A DNA stretch of 64,000 nt from Mobula hypostoma (taxonomy: Eukaryota). The notes under the pieces are model-generated. The model had not been told where the DNA came from, did no database searches, and saw only the letters and a program-made list of their open reading frames with translations. The position numbers were made by a program, and so were the translations under genes. The DNA is taken from positions 36,084,001 to 36,148,000 of the forward strand of contig NC_086114.1 of NCBI RefSeq assembly GCF_963921235.1, written 5' to 3'. Below are positions 48,318 through 60,789 of the stretch, in pieces (the first letter of the stretch is position 1; each line of letters starts with the position of its first letter).

Positions 48318-48684
48318 GAGCAGTCAATTGTAAGACAATACTTCAAATGATGGTAGCTTAAAGTAAGGTCACCCTTAACACACAAATATAAACACACTAC
48401 CTAATGCTGACACAATTGTGTTCATGAGGCCAGATCATATTCTAAGCAAAGTAGCTAACTGGAATCAGTGTCCTGGGTTCTTTGTGAAACCTTGTGGGTG
48501 AGGAAATACACATGCTCACAGACCCAGGAACAGTTGCAAGAGCGGGGCCATTTACTACAAGGAGGTCTCCAAAACACTGCTCTATCCTACAGAGCAGTCA
48601 ATTGCAAGACAATACTTCAAATGATGGTAGCTTAAAGTAAGGTCACCCTTAACACACAAATATAAACACACTACCTAATGCTGA
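48318..48684 (+). repeat. 93-bp direct repeat pair (48318-48410 and 48592-48684), 1 mismatch
   Basis: gagcagtcaattg(t/c)aagacaatacttcaaatgatgg...ctacctaatgctga occurs twice, 274 bp apart. Confidence 0.92.
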
Positions 48685-48982
48685 TTGCAAGCAATCAACA
48701 CTACAGAGTTCTCACAACACACACAAACTGCTGGAGGAACTCAGCAGGCCAGGCAGCATCTATGGAAAAGAGTACAGTCGATGTTTCAGGCTGAGGCCCT
48801 TCAGCAGGACTGGAGAAAAAAAGATGAGTAGAGTTAAAAGAGGGAGGGGAGGGATAAACACAAAGTGAGGTGAAACCAGAGGGGGTAGGTGTCAGGTAAA
48901 GAGCTGGGAAGTTGATGAAAAAGATACAGGGCTGGAGAAGGGGGAGTCTGATAGGAGAGGACAGACATCCATGGAAGAAAGA

Positions 48983-51149
48983 TAAAGGCAAATGATACTT
49001 AAAGGGTTGACGGTGGATATGCAATGGCAAGCATTTACAGATCGCATGGATGAACTACAACAATTGTTCATCCCAGTTTGGCAAAAGAATAAACCAAGGA
49101 AGGTAGTGCACCCATGGCTGACAAGGGAAATTAGGGATAGTATCAATTCCAAAGAAGAAACATACAAATTAGACAGAAAAAGCGGCTCACCTGAGGACTG
49201 GGAGAAATTCAGAGTCTAGCAGAGGAGGACAAAGAGCTTAATTAGGAAAGAGAAAAAAGATTATGAGAGAAAACTGGCAGGGAACATAAAAACTGACTGT
49301 AAAAGCTTTTATAGATATGTGAAAAGAAAAAGATTGGCTAAGACAAATGTAGGTCCCTTACAGTGAGAAACAGGTGAATTGATCATGGGGAACAAGGACA
49401 TGGCAGACCAATTGAATAACTACTTTGGTTCTGTCTTCACAAAGGAGGACATAATTAATCTTCTGGAAATAGTAGGGGACCGAGGATCTAGTGAGATGAA
49501 GGAACTGAGGGAAATACATGTTAGTAGGGAAGTGGTGTTAAGTAAATTGAAGGGATTAAAGGCAGATAAATCCCCAGGGCCAGATGGTCTGCATCCCAGA
49601 TTGCTTAAGGAAGTAGCCCAAGAAATAGTGGATGCATTAGTGATAATTTTTCAAAACTCTTTAGATTCTGGATTAGTTCCTGAGGATTGGAGGGTGGCTA
49701 ATGTAACCCTGCTTTTTAAAAAAGGAGGGAGAGAGAAACCGGGGAATTATAGACCGGTTAGCCTAAGATCGGTGGTAGGGAAAATGCTAGAGTCAGTTAT
49801 CAAAGATGTGATAACAGCACATTTGGAAAGTGGTAAAATCATCGTACAAAGTCAGCATGGATTTGTGAAAGGAAAATCATGTCTGACGAATCTGATAGAA
49901 TTTTTTGAGGATGTAACTAGTAGAGTGGATCAGGGAGAACCAGTGGATGTGGTATATTTGGATTTTCAAAAGGCTTTTGACAAGGTCCCACACAGATTAG
50001 TGTGCAAACTTAAAGCACACGGTATTGGGGGTATGGTGTTGATGTGGATAGAGAATTGGTTGGCAGACAGAAAGCAAAGAGTGGGAGTAAACGGGACCTA
50101 TTCAAAATGGCAGTCAGTGACTAGTGGGGTACTGCAAGGCTTAGTGCTGGGACCCCAGTTGTTTACAATATATATTAATGACTTAGATGAGGGGATTAAA
50201 TGCAGCATCTCCAAGTTTGCGGATGACAGGAAGCTAGGCGGCAGTGTTAGCTGTGAAGAGGATGCTAAGAGGATGGAGGGTGACTTGGATAGGTTAGGTG
50301 AGCGGGCAAATTCATGGCAGATGCAATTTGATGTGGATAAATGTGAGGTTATCCACTTTGGTGGCAAAAACAGGAAAACAGATCATTATCTGAATGGTAG
50401 CCGATTAGGAAAAGGGGAGGTGCAACGAGACCTGGGTGTCATTGCACACCAGTCATTGAAAGTGGGCATGCAGGTACAGCAGGTGGTGAAAAAGGCGAAT
50501 GGTATGCTGGCATTCATAGCAAGAGGATTCGAGTACAGGAGCAGGGAGGTACTACTGCAGTTATACAAGGCCTTGGTGAGACCACACCTGGAGTATTGTG
50601 CGCAGTTTTGGTCCCCTAATCTGAGGAAAGACATTCTTGCCATAGAGGGAGTACAAAAAAGGTTCACCAGATTAATTCCTGGGATGGCAGGACTTTCATA
50701 TGATGAAAGACTGGATCGACTAGGCTTATACTCACTGGAATCTAGAAGATTGGGGGGGGGGGGGATCTTACTGAAACGTATAAAATCCTAAAGGGATTGG
50801 ACAGGCTCGATGCAGGAAGATTGTTCCCGATGTTGGGGAAGTCCAGAATGAGGGGTCACAGTTTAAGGATAAAGCGGAAGTCTTTTAGGACCGAGATGAG
50901 GAAAAACTTCTTCACACGGAGAGTGGTGAATCTGTGGAATTCTCTGCCACAGGAAACAGTTGAGGCCAGTTCATTGGCTATATTTAAGAGGGAGTTAGAT
51001 ATGGCCCTTGTGACTAAAGGGATCGGGGGTATGGAGAGAAGGCAGGTACAGGGTTCTGAGTTGGATGATCAGGCATGATCATACTGAATGGTGGTGCAGG
51101 CTCGAAGGGCTGATTGGCCTACTCCTGCACCTATTTTCTATGTTTCTAT
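48983..51149 (+). mobile_element. Young 5'-truncated CR1 with near-intact RT (470-aa ORF 49379-50791)
   Basis: KSPGPDGLHP, NYRPVSL, QHGFVKGKSCLTNL, YLDFQKAFDKVPH, SKFADD, LYKALVRPHLEYC; frameshift at a G homopolymer (50752-50764); tttctatgtttctat tail. Confidence 0.95.
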
Positions 51150-51361
51150 AAAGAAAAAGTGGGAGGAGCACCAAAGGGAGGCAAGGTGAGAAAGGAAATA
51201 GGGGATGGGGAATGGCTGGGGGGGGGGGGCATTACTGAAAGTTTGAGAAATCGATGCTCATGTCATCAGGTTGGAGGCTACCCAGACAGAATATAAGTTG
51301 TTGTTCCTTCAAACTGAGTGTGGCCTCATCACAACAGTGGAGGAGGCCCTAGATAGACATG

Positions 51362-51635
51362 CAACACACATCAAAGTTGCTGGTGAACGCAGCAGGCCAG
51401 GCAGCATCTCTTGGAAGAGGTACAGTCGACATTTCAAGTTGCTGGAGAACGCAGCAGGCCAGGCAGCATCTCTAGGAAGAGGTACAGTCGACATTTCAAG
51501 TTGCTGGAGAACGCAGCAGGCCAGGCAGCATCTCTAGGAAGAGGTACAGTCAACATTTCAAGTTGCTGGTGAACGCAGGAGCAACTTTGATGTGTGTTGC
51601 TTGAATTTCCAGCATCTGCAGGAATCCTCGTGTTT
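51362..51635. repeat. 62-bp tandem array (3 full + 1 partial) with terminal inversion, flanked by a 15-bp TSD
   Basis: Units start at 51374, 51436, 51498 and 51560; 51361-51381 is the inverted repeat of 51580-51600; TSD ccct(a/g)gatagacatg at 51347-51361 and 51636-51650. Confidence 0.9.
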
Positions 51636-52984
51636 CCCTGGATAGACATGTCGGAATGGGAATGGGAAGTGAAATTAAAATGGGTGGCCACTGGGAGATC
51701 CTGCTTTTTCTGGTGGTCAGAGCATTGAGGTCCAGCTGAAGTGTCTTGGCCCAAAACGTTGACTGTACAGTATTCTTTTCCGTAGATGCTTCTTGGCCTG
51801 CTGAGTTCATCCAGCAGTCTGTGTGTACTGTATTACTTGGATTTCCAGCATCTGCAAATTTTCTCTTGTTTGTGATTGCAGAATTCTCTCTGGCCCAAGA
51901 ACAATGCTGCATTGTCACTGTTTCCCATCACTTAACCACCTTTACCTGTGAACTCTTTCTCCCCTATGGGATTAAACCAGTTTATGAAAGAGATTAGCAC
52001 TTTATTAAACACCTTTTTTAAAAATCCTAATATGGCACATAAATTGTACTTTGATCATTTACCCTCAGGAACCTCAACATAAAGCTTTACCAAATTAGTT
52101 AAACAAAGTTTACCTTCAACAAATCAAAGGTTTTTTTCTCATCACTCCACATTGTCCAAATGATAGCTGATTATGTTCTTGATTATCATTCTGAAAGGCT
52201 GAAATTAAGCTGACTGGGCTGTAAATTGTTTGTCCTTATACCCTTTCTTGAATAAGGGTGATGTTTGCAACTCTTCAGTTGTGTGTCACAACCCCATTAG
52301 CTTCAGATGGTTTGAAAATGACGAACAATACCTCTACAATTATCAGCCCATCTTGTGTGCTGATAGGAGATGTGCTGATAATTGTACATTCACTATTAGG
52401 ACATGGATACTGTTACATAACCACCAACCATGTCTACTGCTCCATCCACTACAAGCATTTTGAAAAGGTAGATAATCAAGCTGTGTTCATTCAACAGTTA
52501 ACATCTTAGTCCACGTGTACTTTTGAACTCTTTCAAGCATACATGAGGATCTGGTACGGTGCTGACCTGAGGAAAGAGATGAGCTCTTAACTAGCTGCTC
52601 TGAGTCAGTGGACTAGTTAACCCAAATGACTAAGCCAATGCGTAACAGATTTTACCACTAGGTGTGTAAAGGGCTGTGTATCAAAGAAGTGTTCACCAAC
52701 AGGAAACCATGAGAGATCCATTCCCAAATGAAGTCCAGGTCTGAGGCATTCAGCACAGTTGACCATGATCTGTACGAGCAATTGAAGTACAGAGGTATTG
52801 AGGTGCACAGCGTTCAGAGGTGCCAAGATAATCCTCCCAGCTGTCAGTTCAAGAGTTCAAATTTATTATCAAAGTATGTTACCACATACTACCTTGAGAT
52901 TCACTTTCTTGCAGGCATCTACGGGAAAAAAGAAATACAACAGAATTTACAAAAAATACATAAAATAAGATAAAAGCTGACAAT

Positions 52985-54125
52985 TAGAATTTATTTTTAT
53001 TTTTTACATGCATCTCACAACATGAGGGAGAAAATATCTTTATGTTATGTCTCCGTTACAATGTACAAGCAATAAGGAAAGGAAATGTGGGAGGATGTTG
53101 CCCAAACATAATTGTTTTGTAGATATGTATGTACAGTCAGATACAATGTAACCAATGTGCAAAAGAAGACAAACTGTGCAAATAAAAAAATTATACTGAG
53201 GAAGAGATGTAGAGTCCTTGAAAGTGAGTCTGTAGTTTGTAGAATGAGTTCATAGTGGTGACTGAAGTTATCCACACAGGTTTGCGAGCCTGGTGGTTGT
53301 AGGGTTATAACTGTTCCTGACCTGGAACTGTGCATCTAAGGCTTCTGTACTATCTTCCTAATGGTAGTAGCAAGAAGAGGGATTTGGCTGGATGGTTGTG
53401 GGGAGGTCTTTGATGATAGATGCTGCTTTTCTGTGGTGATGAATCAGCATATAGGAGGGAGATTGAAAATCTAGCTGAGTGGTGCCACAACAAGAAGCTC
53501 TCACTCAATGTCAGCAAGAATAAGAAGCTGATTATTGACTTCAGGAGGAGGAAACCGGAGGTCCATGAGCCAGTCCTATATATCCAATAGTGCAAGTTGC
53601 ATAAAAGCTCACATGCTATCATAGGCTGCAAAATAAAGACGGGTAGCATCACACCCATCCTTGATGAGGTCAATCTATTCTATGCATGCTTCCAACAGAA
53701 GGTCAGTGAAATAAGAACAAATGAAATGAATACAGCAGAATAGAGAGATTTGGGAATACAGATCCATAATTCCTGGTATGCAAAACACCAATGCCCTGGA
53801 ATGGAAAATCCTAGGCGCAGTCCATCATGAGTAAAGCCCTCCCCATCACTAAGTGCACTTACACAGAGCTCTGTTGCAGGAAAGCAGCATCCATTATCAA
53901 GGACCCCACCACCCAGGCCATGCTCTCTTCTTGTGGCTGACATCAGGAAGAAGGTGCAGGAGCCTCAGCACCCACACCACCAGGTTCCTGAACAGTTATT
54001 ACCCCTCATCCATCAGACTCTTAAAGCAGTGTAGATAACTTCATTTGCCCCATCACTGAACTGTTCCCACCACCTATGGACTCACTTGCAAAGATTCCAT
54101 TTTATTTTCTCAATACGTATTTATT
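52985..54125. mobile_element. Cluster of Rex1/Babar fragments in both orientations
   Basis: Minus 3' tail 52985-53420; plus RT piece 53430-53580 (ESAYRREIENLAEWC); plus 3' end 53770-54125 (RFLNSYYPSSIRLL), resuming at 55426-55625 after the CR1. Confidence 0.7.
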
Positions 54126-54127
54126 CC

Positions 54128-55425
54128 CAAAAGAGAGACATAATTAGGAATAGTCAGCATGGCTTTGTTAAAGGCAGGTCGTGCCTTACGAGCCTGAATG
54201 AATTTTTTGAGGATGTGACTAAACACATTGATGAAGGTAGAGCAGTAGATGTAGTGTATATGGATTTCAGCAAGGCATTTAACAAGGTACCCTGTGCAAG
54301 GCTTATTGAGAAAGTAAGGAGACATGGGATCCAAGGGGACATTGCTTTGTGCATCCAGAACTGGCTTGCCCACAGAAGGCAAAGAGTGGTTGTAGATGGG
54401 TCATATTCTGCATGGAGGTCGGTGACCAGTGGTGTGCCTCAGGGATCTGTTCTGGGACCCCTACTCTTTGTGATTTTTATAAATGATCTGGATGAGGAAG
54501 TGGAGGGACGGATTAGTAAATTTGCTGATGACACAAAGGTTGGGTGTATTGTGGATAGTGTGGAGGGCTGTCAGAGGTTACAGTGGGACATTAATAGGAT
54601 GCAAAACTGGGCTGAGAAGTGGCAGATGGAGTTCAACCCAGATAAACGTGAGGTGGTTCATTTTGGTAGGTCAAATATGATGACAGAATATAGTATTAAT
54701 GGTATGACTCTTGACAGTATGGAGGATCAGAGGGATCTTGGGGTCTGAGTCCATAGGACACTCAAAGCTGCAGTGCAGGTTCACTCTGTGGTTAAGAAGG
54801 CATACGATGTATTGGCCTTCATCAATCATGGGATTGAGTTTAGGAGCCCAGAGGTAATGTTGCAGCTACATAGGACCCTGGTCAGACCCCACTTGGAGTA
54901 CTGTGCTCAGTTCTAGTCACCTCACTATAGGAAGGATGTGGAAACCATAGAAAGGGTGCAGAGGAGATTTACAAGGATGTTGCCTGGATTGGGGAGCATG
55001 CTGTATGAGAATAAGTTGAGTGAACTCAACCTTTTTTCCTTGGAGCGATGGAGGATGAGAGGTGACCTGATAGAGGTGTAAAAGATGATGAGAGGCAATG
55101 ATCGTGTGGATAGTCAGAGGCTTTTTCCCAGGGCTGAAATGGCTAATATGAGAGGACATAGTTTTAAGGTGCTTGGCAGAAGGTACAGAGGAGATGTCAG
55201 GGGTAAGTTTTTTTACGCAGAGTGGTGAGTGCATGGAATGGGCTGTCGGTGGTGGTGGTGGAGGTGGAAACGATAGGGCCTTTTAAGAGACTCCTGGATG
55301 GATACATAGAGCTCAGAAAAATAGAGGGCCATGGGTAAGCCTAGGTAATTTCTGAGGTAAGGACATGTTCGGCACAGCTTTGTGGGCAGAAGGGCCTGTA
55401 TTGTGCTGTAGGTTTTCTATGTTTC
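54128..55425 (+). mobile_element. 5'-truncated CR1 nested in a Rex1 3'UTR
   Basis: SQHGFVKGRSCLT, YMDFSKAF, SGVPQGSVLGP, SKFADD; ttttctatgtttcta tail. Confidence 0.93.
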
Positions 55426-55629
55426 TATTGCTTATTTATTTATTATTTTTCATTTTTTGTATTTGCACAGTTTTTTATCTCTTGTGCATTGGCTGTTTGT
55501 CTGTCCTGTTTGGTGCTCTTTCATTATGTTTCTTGGATTTACTGTGAATGCCCGCAAAGAAAGAATCTCAGGGTTGTATATGGTGACATATATGTACTTT
55601 GGTAAATGAATTTACTTTGAACTTTGGAA

Positions 55630-56062
55630 GAGTACAGTGAAAATTGACAAGGATGTTGCCAGGACGTGAGAAATTATAGGAAAAGTTAGTAGGTTAGGAC
55701 ATTTTCCTTGAGAGAAATAGACTGAGGGGAGATTTCATAGAAGTATACAAAATTATGACAATACAGATAAGGTCAATGCAAGCAGGCTTTTTCCACTGAG
55801 GTTGGGTGAAACTAGGACTAGAGGTCATAGGTTAAGGGTGAAAGGTGAAATGTTTAAGGACAGCCTGATGGAGAACTTCGTCACTCAGACGGTGGTGAGT
55901 GTGGAATGAGCTGCCAATGGAAGTGGTGGATGTGGGGGCAATTGCAACAGTTTGAATCAGTGCATGAATGGGAGAGGTATAGAGGGCTATGGTCCAGATG
56001 GGAAGAGGCAGAATAACAATTTGGCATGGAGTAGATGGGCTGAAGAGCCTGTTTCTGTGCTA
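55630..56062 (+). mobile_element. Older CR1 3' fragment
   Basis: aggactagaggtcatag (TRGH) and tggaatgagctgcca. Confidence 0.7.
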
Positions 56063-56129
56063 TGGGGGGGGGTGCTCTTTGACTCACCTGCCCTAACCTA
56101 CAATCACAGTCACAAATGTCAGTCAGCCT

Positions 56130-56735
56130 CCCTGGCAGCCAACCTGAATCAAGTCCCTAGCCGCATCTTCAGATCCTGTGTAGACCAGCTGACAGAAGTA
56201 TATGTAGACATTTTTAACCTCACCTTACTCCAATCTGAGGTTCCCATCTGTTTTGAGAAGACCACTATCACCCCAGTGCCAGAGAAAAACAAGGTAATGT
56301 GCCTTAATACCATCATCCCCTCAAAACTAATCAGTAAAATCCAAGTCCTAGGCAATCCTTGTGCAATTGGGTCCTGGATTTCCTCACTTGCAGACCACAG
56401 GCAAAACAGCAAAAATATCTCCTCGACAACCTTCACCAGCACAGGGCTGTGTGCTTACCCTCCTACTCTACTCGCTTTACACCTATGGCTGTGTGGCTAA
56501 GTACAGCTCCAACACCATATTCAAGTTTGCTGATGACACCACTGTGGTGGGCTGTATCAAAGGTGGTGATGAATCAGCATGCAGGAAGGAGATTGAAAAT
56601 TTGTCTGAGTGGTGTCATTACAACAACCTCTCATTCAATGTCCGCAAGACCAAGGAACTGATTGTAGACTTCAGGAGAGGGAAACCAGAGGCTCTGAAGC
56701 CAGTTCTCATCAGAGGATCAGAGGTGGAGAGGGTC
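56130..56735 (+). mobile_element. Rex1/Babar RT fragment with internal deletions
   Basis: DIFNLTL..SEVP.CF.KTTI.PVP, QGCVL..LLYSLYT, IFKFADDTT. Confidence 0.8.
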
Positions 56736-56852
56736 TTGATTTGTCAGGGCTTCAAAGGTCATGGACAGCAGGCAGGAGAGTGGGATTGAGATGAAAAACA
56801 AATCAGCCCGATTGAATGGCACAGCAGTCTCAATGGGCTGAATAGTCTAATT

Positions 56853-58774
56853 CACGGGTCCCCAACCTTTTTTGCTCCGCGGACCGGTTTAATATCAACA
56901 ATATTCTTGCGGACCGGCCGACGGGGGGGGGGGGGGTTGTTAATCACGACCGGCGTATAGGTGATAAGTCAACTATAAGTCACTTATCAGTGGCTAATAC
57001 ACTCAATTTTGTTTCTAAAAGGGTTTATCTAACAAATTTAATATTAAACACACAGTGCATATTTTCCTCGCATGAATATAGTGATGTCAATTATAAGTCA
57101 TAAGGGGGTTCCTTATGTCCAGTCTATTCCGCAATTTAGTTTTCGTTGCATTCATTGCAGAAAACTCCGCTTCGCAGAGATATGATGTTGGAAATGGAAG
57201 CAAGGTCTTCAGTGCTTTCGTGGCTATCTCAGGATATTCAGCCTTGACTTTGATCCAGAATGCCGGCAGAGATGTTATGTCAAATATACTTTGCAGCCCA
57301 CCGTCATTTGCAAGCTCGAGGAGTTGATCTTCTTCCCGCGCTGACATGGACGATTCACCGGGGACATTCACAAATGGGTCACGGACCCATTCCTTTGCAC
57401 GTCTTGGGTCATTTGCGGTTGGGAAGTAACACTCAAATTCTGTCGACAGCGAAGATAGGTGTTCGCGCACCAGCTGTGAGCCTCAGTCTCTCCCAAATTC
57501 CCAGCTAATGTTGGGAACATGTCAAATATGCCCCTGTCCCCACAGTTCCAGTTTGGTTGTGAAGGCAGACACATTCTCCCCTTAAGTGACAAATTGAGTT
57601 CATTGAGCAGGTTGAAGATGTCACTCAGATAAGCGAGTTTTGGTATCCACTCCTCGTCACTGAAGTGTGCTGCCAGTGGTGACTTTTTTCCTGAAAGAAA
57701 TCTCTGTAGCTGCTCTCTTAACTCAAAAACCCTGGCCAGGGCTCTCCCCCTTGATAGCCACCTGACTTCAGTGCGTAAGAGAAGGTGTTCGTGCTCTGCA
57801 TCCATTTCCTCACAAAGCTGCTCAAACAGATGTGAGTTAAGGGCTTTTGCTTTGATGTGATTGATAACTTCAACAACATCACTCAACACACTGTTAAGAT
57901 CAGGTGACATTTTTCGGCTAGCCTGCATTTCCTTGTGTGTGACACAGTGTGCAGACTGGCAATCAGGAGCAACCTCTTTGACTCGGGTAATGAAACCAGA
58001 CTCGTTAAACCGTTCCAACAGCTGTGCTTCGATGTCCTCCGCTATGTCATCGATTCTCCTTGAAACTGTGGTAGCTGAAAGAGAAACCTGTGCCATCTTG
58101 CTAGCTGCAGCTTCTTCCAACAGTTTGCGGCACATGTCCTTGGCAGCAGGCAGAATCAGTTCTTCCCCAACAGTGAAAGGCTTCTTAGCCTTAGCAATAC
58201 GGCTAGCCACTAAGTATGATGCTCTCAGAGCAGCAGCATTTGTGGAGGTGGTCGCTCTCAGCACTTGCTTCTGTCCCACTTGCTCACGTTTTTTCTGCTC
58301 AAAAAACTCGATGGGTTTGTCTTTAAGTACAGGGTGCTTGGACTCAAGGTTCCAAAGCAGTTTTGAGGGCTTCATTGCCTCATTAGACAGCTTGTCTCCA
58401 CATATCACACACAGGGGGCTTGGACTGTGCGAGTCACCGGTCGCAATAAGGCCATATTTTATGTATGACTCATCGTATTTTCTGTTGAAGGAAGCTTTTT
58501 TTTGCAGTCTCGGCCTCAGCTGTATGTGCATTATCATCATTGTTAGGCCTTTTATGTCCCCTACCATCTCTTCCAAAGAAACTCTCAAGCAACGTTTGTT
58601 TTTCACTCATCGAGTAGTTGTAGGTTAATGACCGACTTATGTCCTCACATGGGCAATGACCTCGTGTGCGTTCAAGTTCAACAGTGGGTGTGACAGGGAA
58701 TGTGCAGTTGATTCGTATCGTTTCCTCGTTGCCCGGCAGCATATGCTTTGCGGCCCGGTGGTTAGGGACCACTG
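56853..58774 (-). mobile_element. hAT Buster/Charlie-family DNA transposon with internally deleted transposase
   Basis: TIRs cacgggtccccaacc / ggttagggaccactg; 8-bp TSD GTCTAATT at 56845-56852 and 58775-58782 (central TA). BED-like RKYDESYIKYG..PLCVIC..L.N..MKPSKL..NL..KH; EVRWLSRG; C-terminal LLPFPTSYLCEAEFS..K.K.RNRL. Confidence 0.95.
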
Positions 58775-58844
58775 GTCTAATTCTGCTCATATGTCTTATG
58801 GTCATATAAGAACCAGCTCCTCCTGTCAATTGTTCATTTTCACG

Positions 58845-59400
58845 AAGCGGCCACTGTTTTAGGTACCCCCTCCACCTAATAAAGTGATAATTGAGTGCAA
58901 GTTTGTGGTCTTCTGGTGCTGTAGCCCATCCACTTTAAGGTTCAACTTGTTGTGCATTCAGAGATGCCCTTCTGCACACCATTGTTGTAATGCGTGGTTA
59001 GTCGAATTACTGTCGCCTTCCTGTCAGCTTGAACCAGTTTGACCGTTCACCTCTGGCCTCTTTCATTAATGAGGCATTTTCGCCCACAGAACTGCCACAC
59101 ACTGGATGGTTTTGTTTTTCTTTGATAATTCTCCATAAACTCTAGAGACTGTTGTATGTGAGAATTCCAGGAAATCAGCAGTTTCTGAGATACGTAATCA
59201 AATTGTCCCATCTGGTATCAACAATCATTCCATGGTCAAAATCATTTAGATTACAATTTTTCCCATTCAGATGTTCGGTATGAACCACAACTGAACCTCT
59301 TCACCATGTATACATTGAGTTGCTGGCATAAACAAGATCGGCTGTTTAGATATTTGCATTAATGAACAGGTGTACATTGTATCTAGTAAAGTGGCCACTT
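58845..59400 (-). mobile_element. Non-autonomous Tc1-like element, second copy of the 31215-31776 family
   Basis: Reverse-complement similarity (aatcagcagtttctgaga, ggtcaaaatcatttagat); end taaagtggccact. Confidence 0.7.
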
Positions 59401-59439
59401 TATTGCTAGTTTTTGTTTTCAGTTTAGATTTGTTCTTAT

Positions 59440-60530
59440 CCTATTGAAATCCCTTTTCCAATTGACTATTTTAACCTGAAAGTGGTACTTTCCCTTAACT
59501 CGCCTAAATCTTATGATACTATGATTGAAGTTCTCTAAAAGTTCTCACCATTTTGCTTGTTCCACTTGGTCCATCTCATTCCCAATTCAATTCTGCCTAA
59601 TGACTCCTTCATTGTTGGTTGGAAACATACTAATCAAAAAGATTTCCTGATCTCATTGCAAAAATTCTTCCCCAGCATTCTTCCCCTTACATGGCTCATA
59701 TTCCGGTATATGGTGACCCATGAATGGCTAAAATTCTCCATTATCTCACTCAATGGCTTTTTTACATCTCTGTAATTTCTCTGAAAATTTCCACCTCTAT
59801 GTCCTTCCCACTTTTGGGTGGCCTATAGAATACTCATCCAGTACTGCGATTGTACTCCTGTTCTTTCTCAACTCTAACAAGATTGATTCTGTCCTTCACC
59901 TCCCCTTTCTAGTACCGTTCTATGTGGCTCAATCAATGTTGTCAGCACCACTGTGTTTCCTCCTCATCTTTCTTAACTTCCCAAACTTCTAGCAATGAAT
60001 ATTTATTAGCCCAATCCAGACCTTTCTTTTACCAATGTAATAGTCCCATATACCTTATTACGCTTAAAACACTCAAACCTTATTTTATAGTAAGTATATT
60101 ACAAACCTACCTTACACCTTTTCCATACTCTCTTTTGGTCTGGTCCTTTTTAAAAAATTTTAGTACAGTCTCAGCCCTTCACGCAACCTTTAATCTATTT
60201 CTACACTACATCTTGGTGCCCAGACCCTCCTGCTACATTAGTTTCAAATTCTCAAATGACAGCACCTAATGTTTTCCTGACAATACATGTATGGCCTCGC
60301 CAAATTCCATCTTTGAGAATCAATCCCAGTGTCCTCAAGGATCTGAAGCCTTCACTCTTGCACCATCTTTCCAACCATACACTTCTCCATAATATCCTTC
60401 TAATTTCTATATTCAACCAAGGTGTAATACCAAGAAGTAATCTTCAGATTACTAACATTAAAGTCCTGTTTCATAAGTATCTTTAATAAGTTTTAAAAAT
60501 CTCATCCCTTGTTCCTCCTAGACCATTGCT
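59440..60530 (-). mobile_element. Very old CR1 5'/endonuclease remnant
   Basis: cccagtgtcctcaaggatctgaagccttcactcttgcacca resembles the reverse complement of the CR1 ORF1 region at ~41660-41700. Confidence 0.4.
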
Positions 60531-60789
60531 GGTGAAATGGTCTGAGTCACCTCTGGATGACCTAAGGTGTCTGACACAGGTGCTGGGGGGACGGTTGGGG
60601 TGGAACTGCAGACTGTTTCACAGATGGTGTAGGAGATACCTAATGGGATGGGGACGGTGGTAGTTTGTAAGGTTGTGCATTCCTTCCCCATTTATGTTGG
60701 GCTTCTGCGTGCTCCCAGCACATGACAAAGTCAAAGAAGCATAATCTGATTCTAAATACCACAGTTACTTATTTAATCTCATCCTGTCA

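Larger units (their letters stand above)
48710..51725 (-). mobile_element. Penelope-like element 3' part, split by a CR1 (48983-51149) and by a TSD-flanked insert (51362-51635)
   Basis: Terminal repeat at 48715-48815; sequence resumes at 51150 with aaagaaaaagtgggaggagcacc; DLPVATHFNFTSHSHSDMSI GIY-YIG-region motif. Confidence 0.85.

Noticed and set aside
49379-50791. 470-aa RT ORF as an active retroelement or host gene
   Set aside because: The element is 5'-truncated with no endonuclease or ORF1 and has upstream in-frame stops; it cannot be autonomous.
51362-51600. CRISPR-like appearance of repeated units (also 17225-17312 and 40545-40810)
   Set aside because: Units are head-to-tail with no unique spacers, there are no cas genes, and the context is vertebrate.
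57368-58606. 412-aa ORF as a domesticated ZBED/SCAND3-like host gene
   Set aside because: It lies between TIRs with a perfect TSD, is frameshifted near the C-terminus and lacks part of the catalytic core; it is a transposon copy.
57861-58628. 255-aa plus-strand ORF
   Set aside because: Antisense shadow of the hAT transposase frame.
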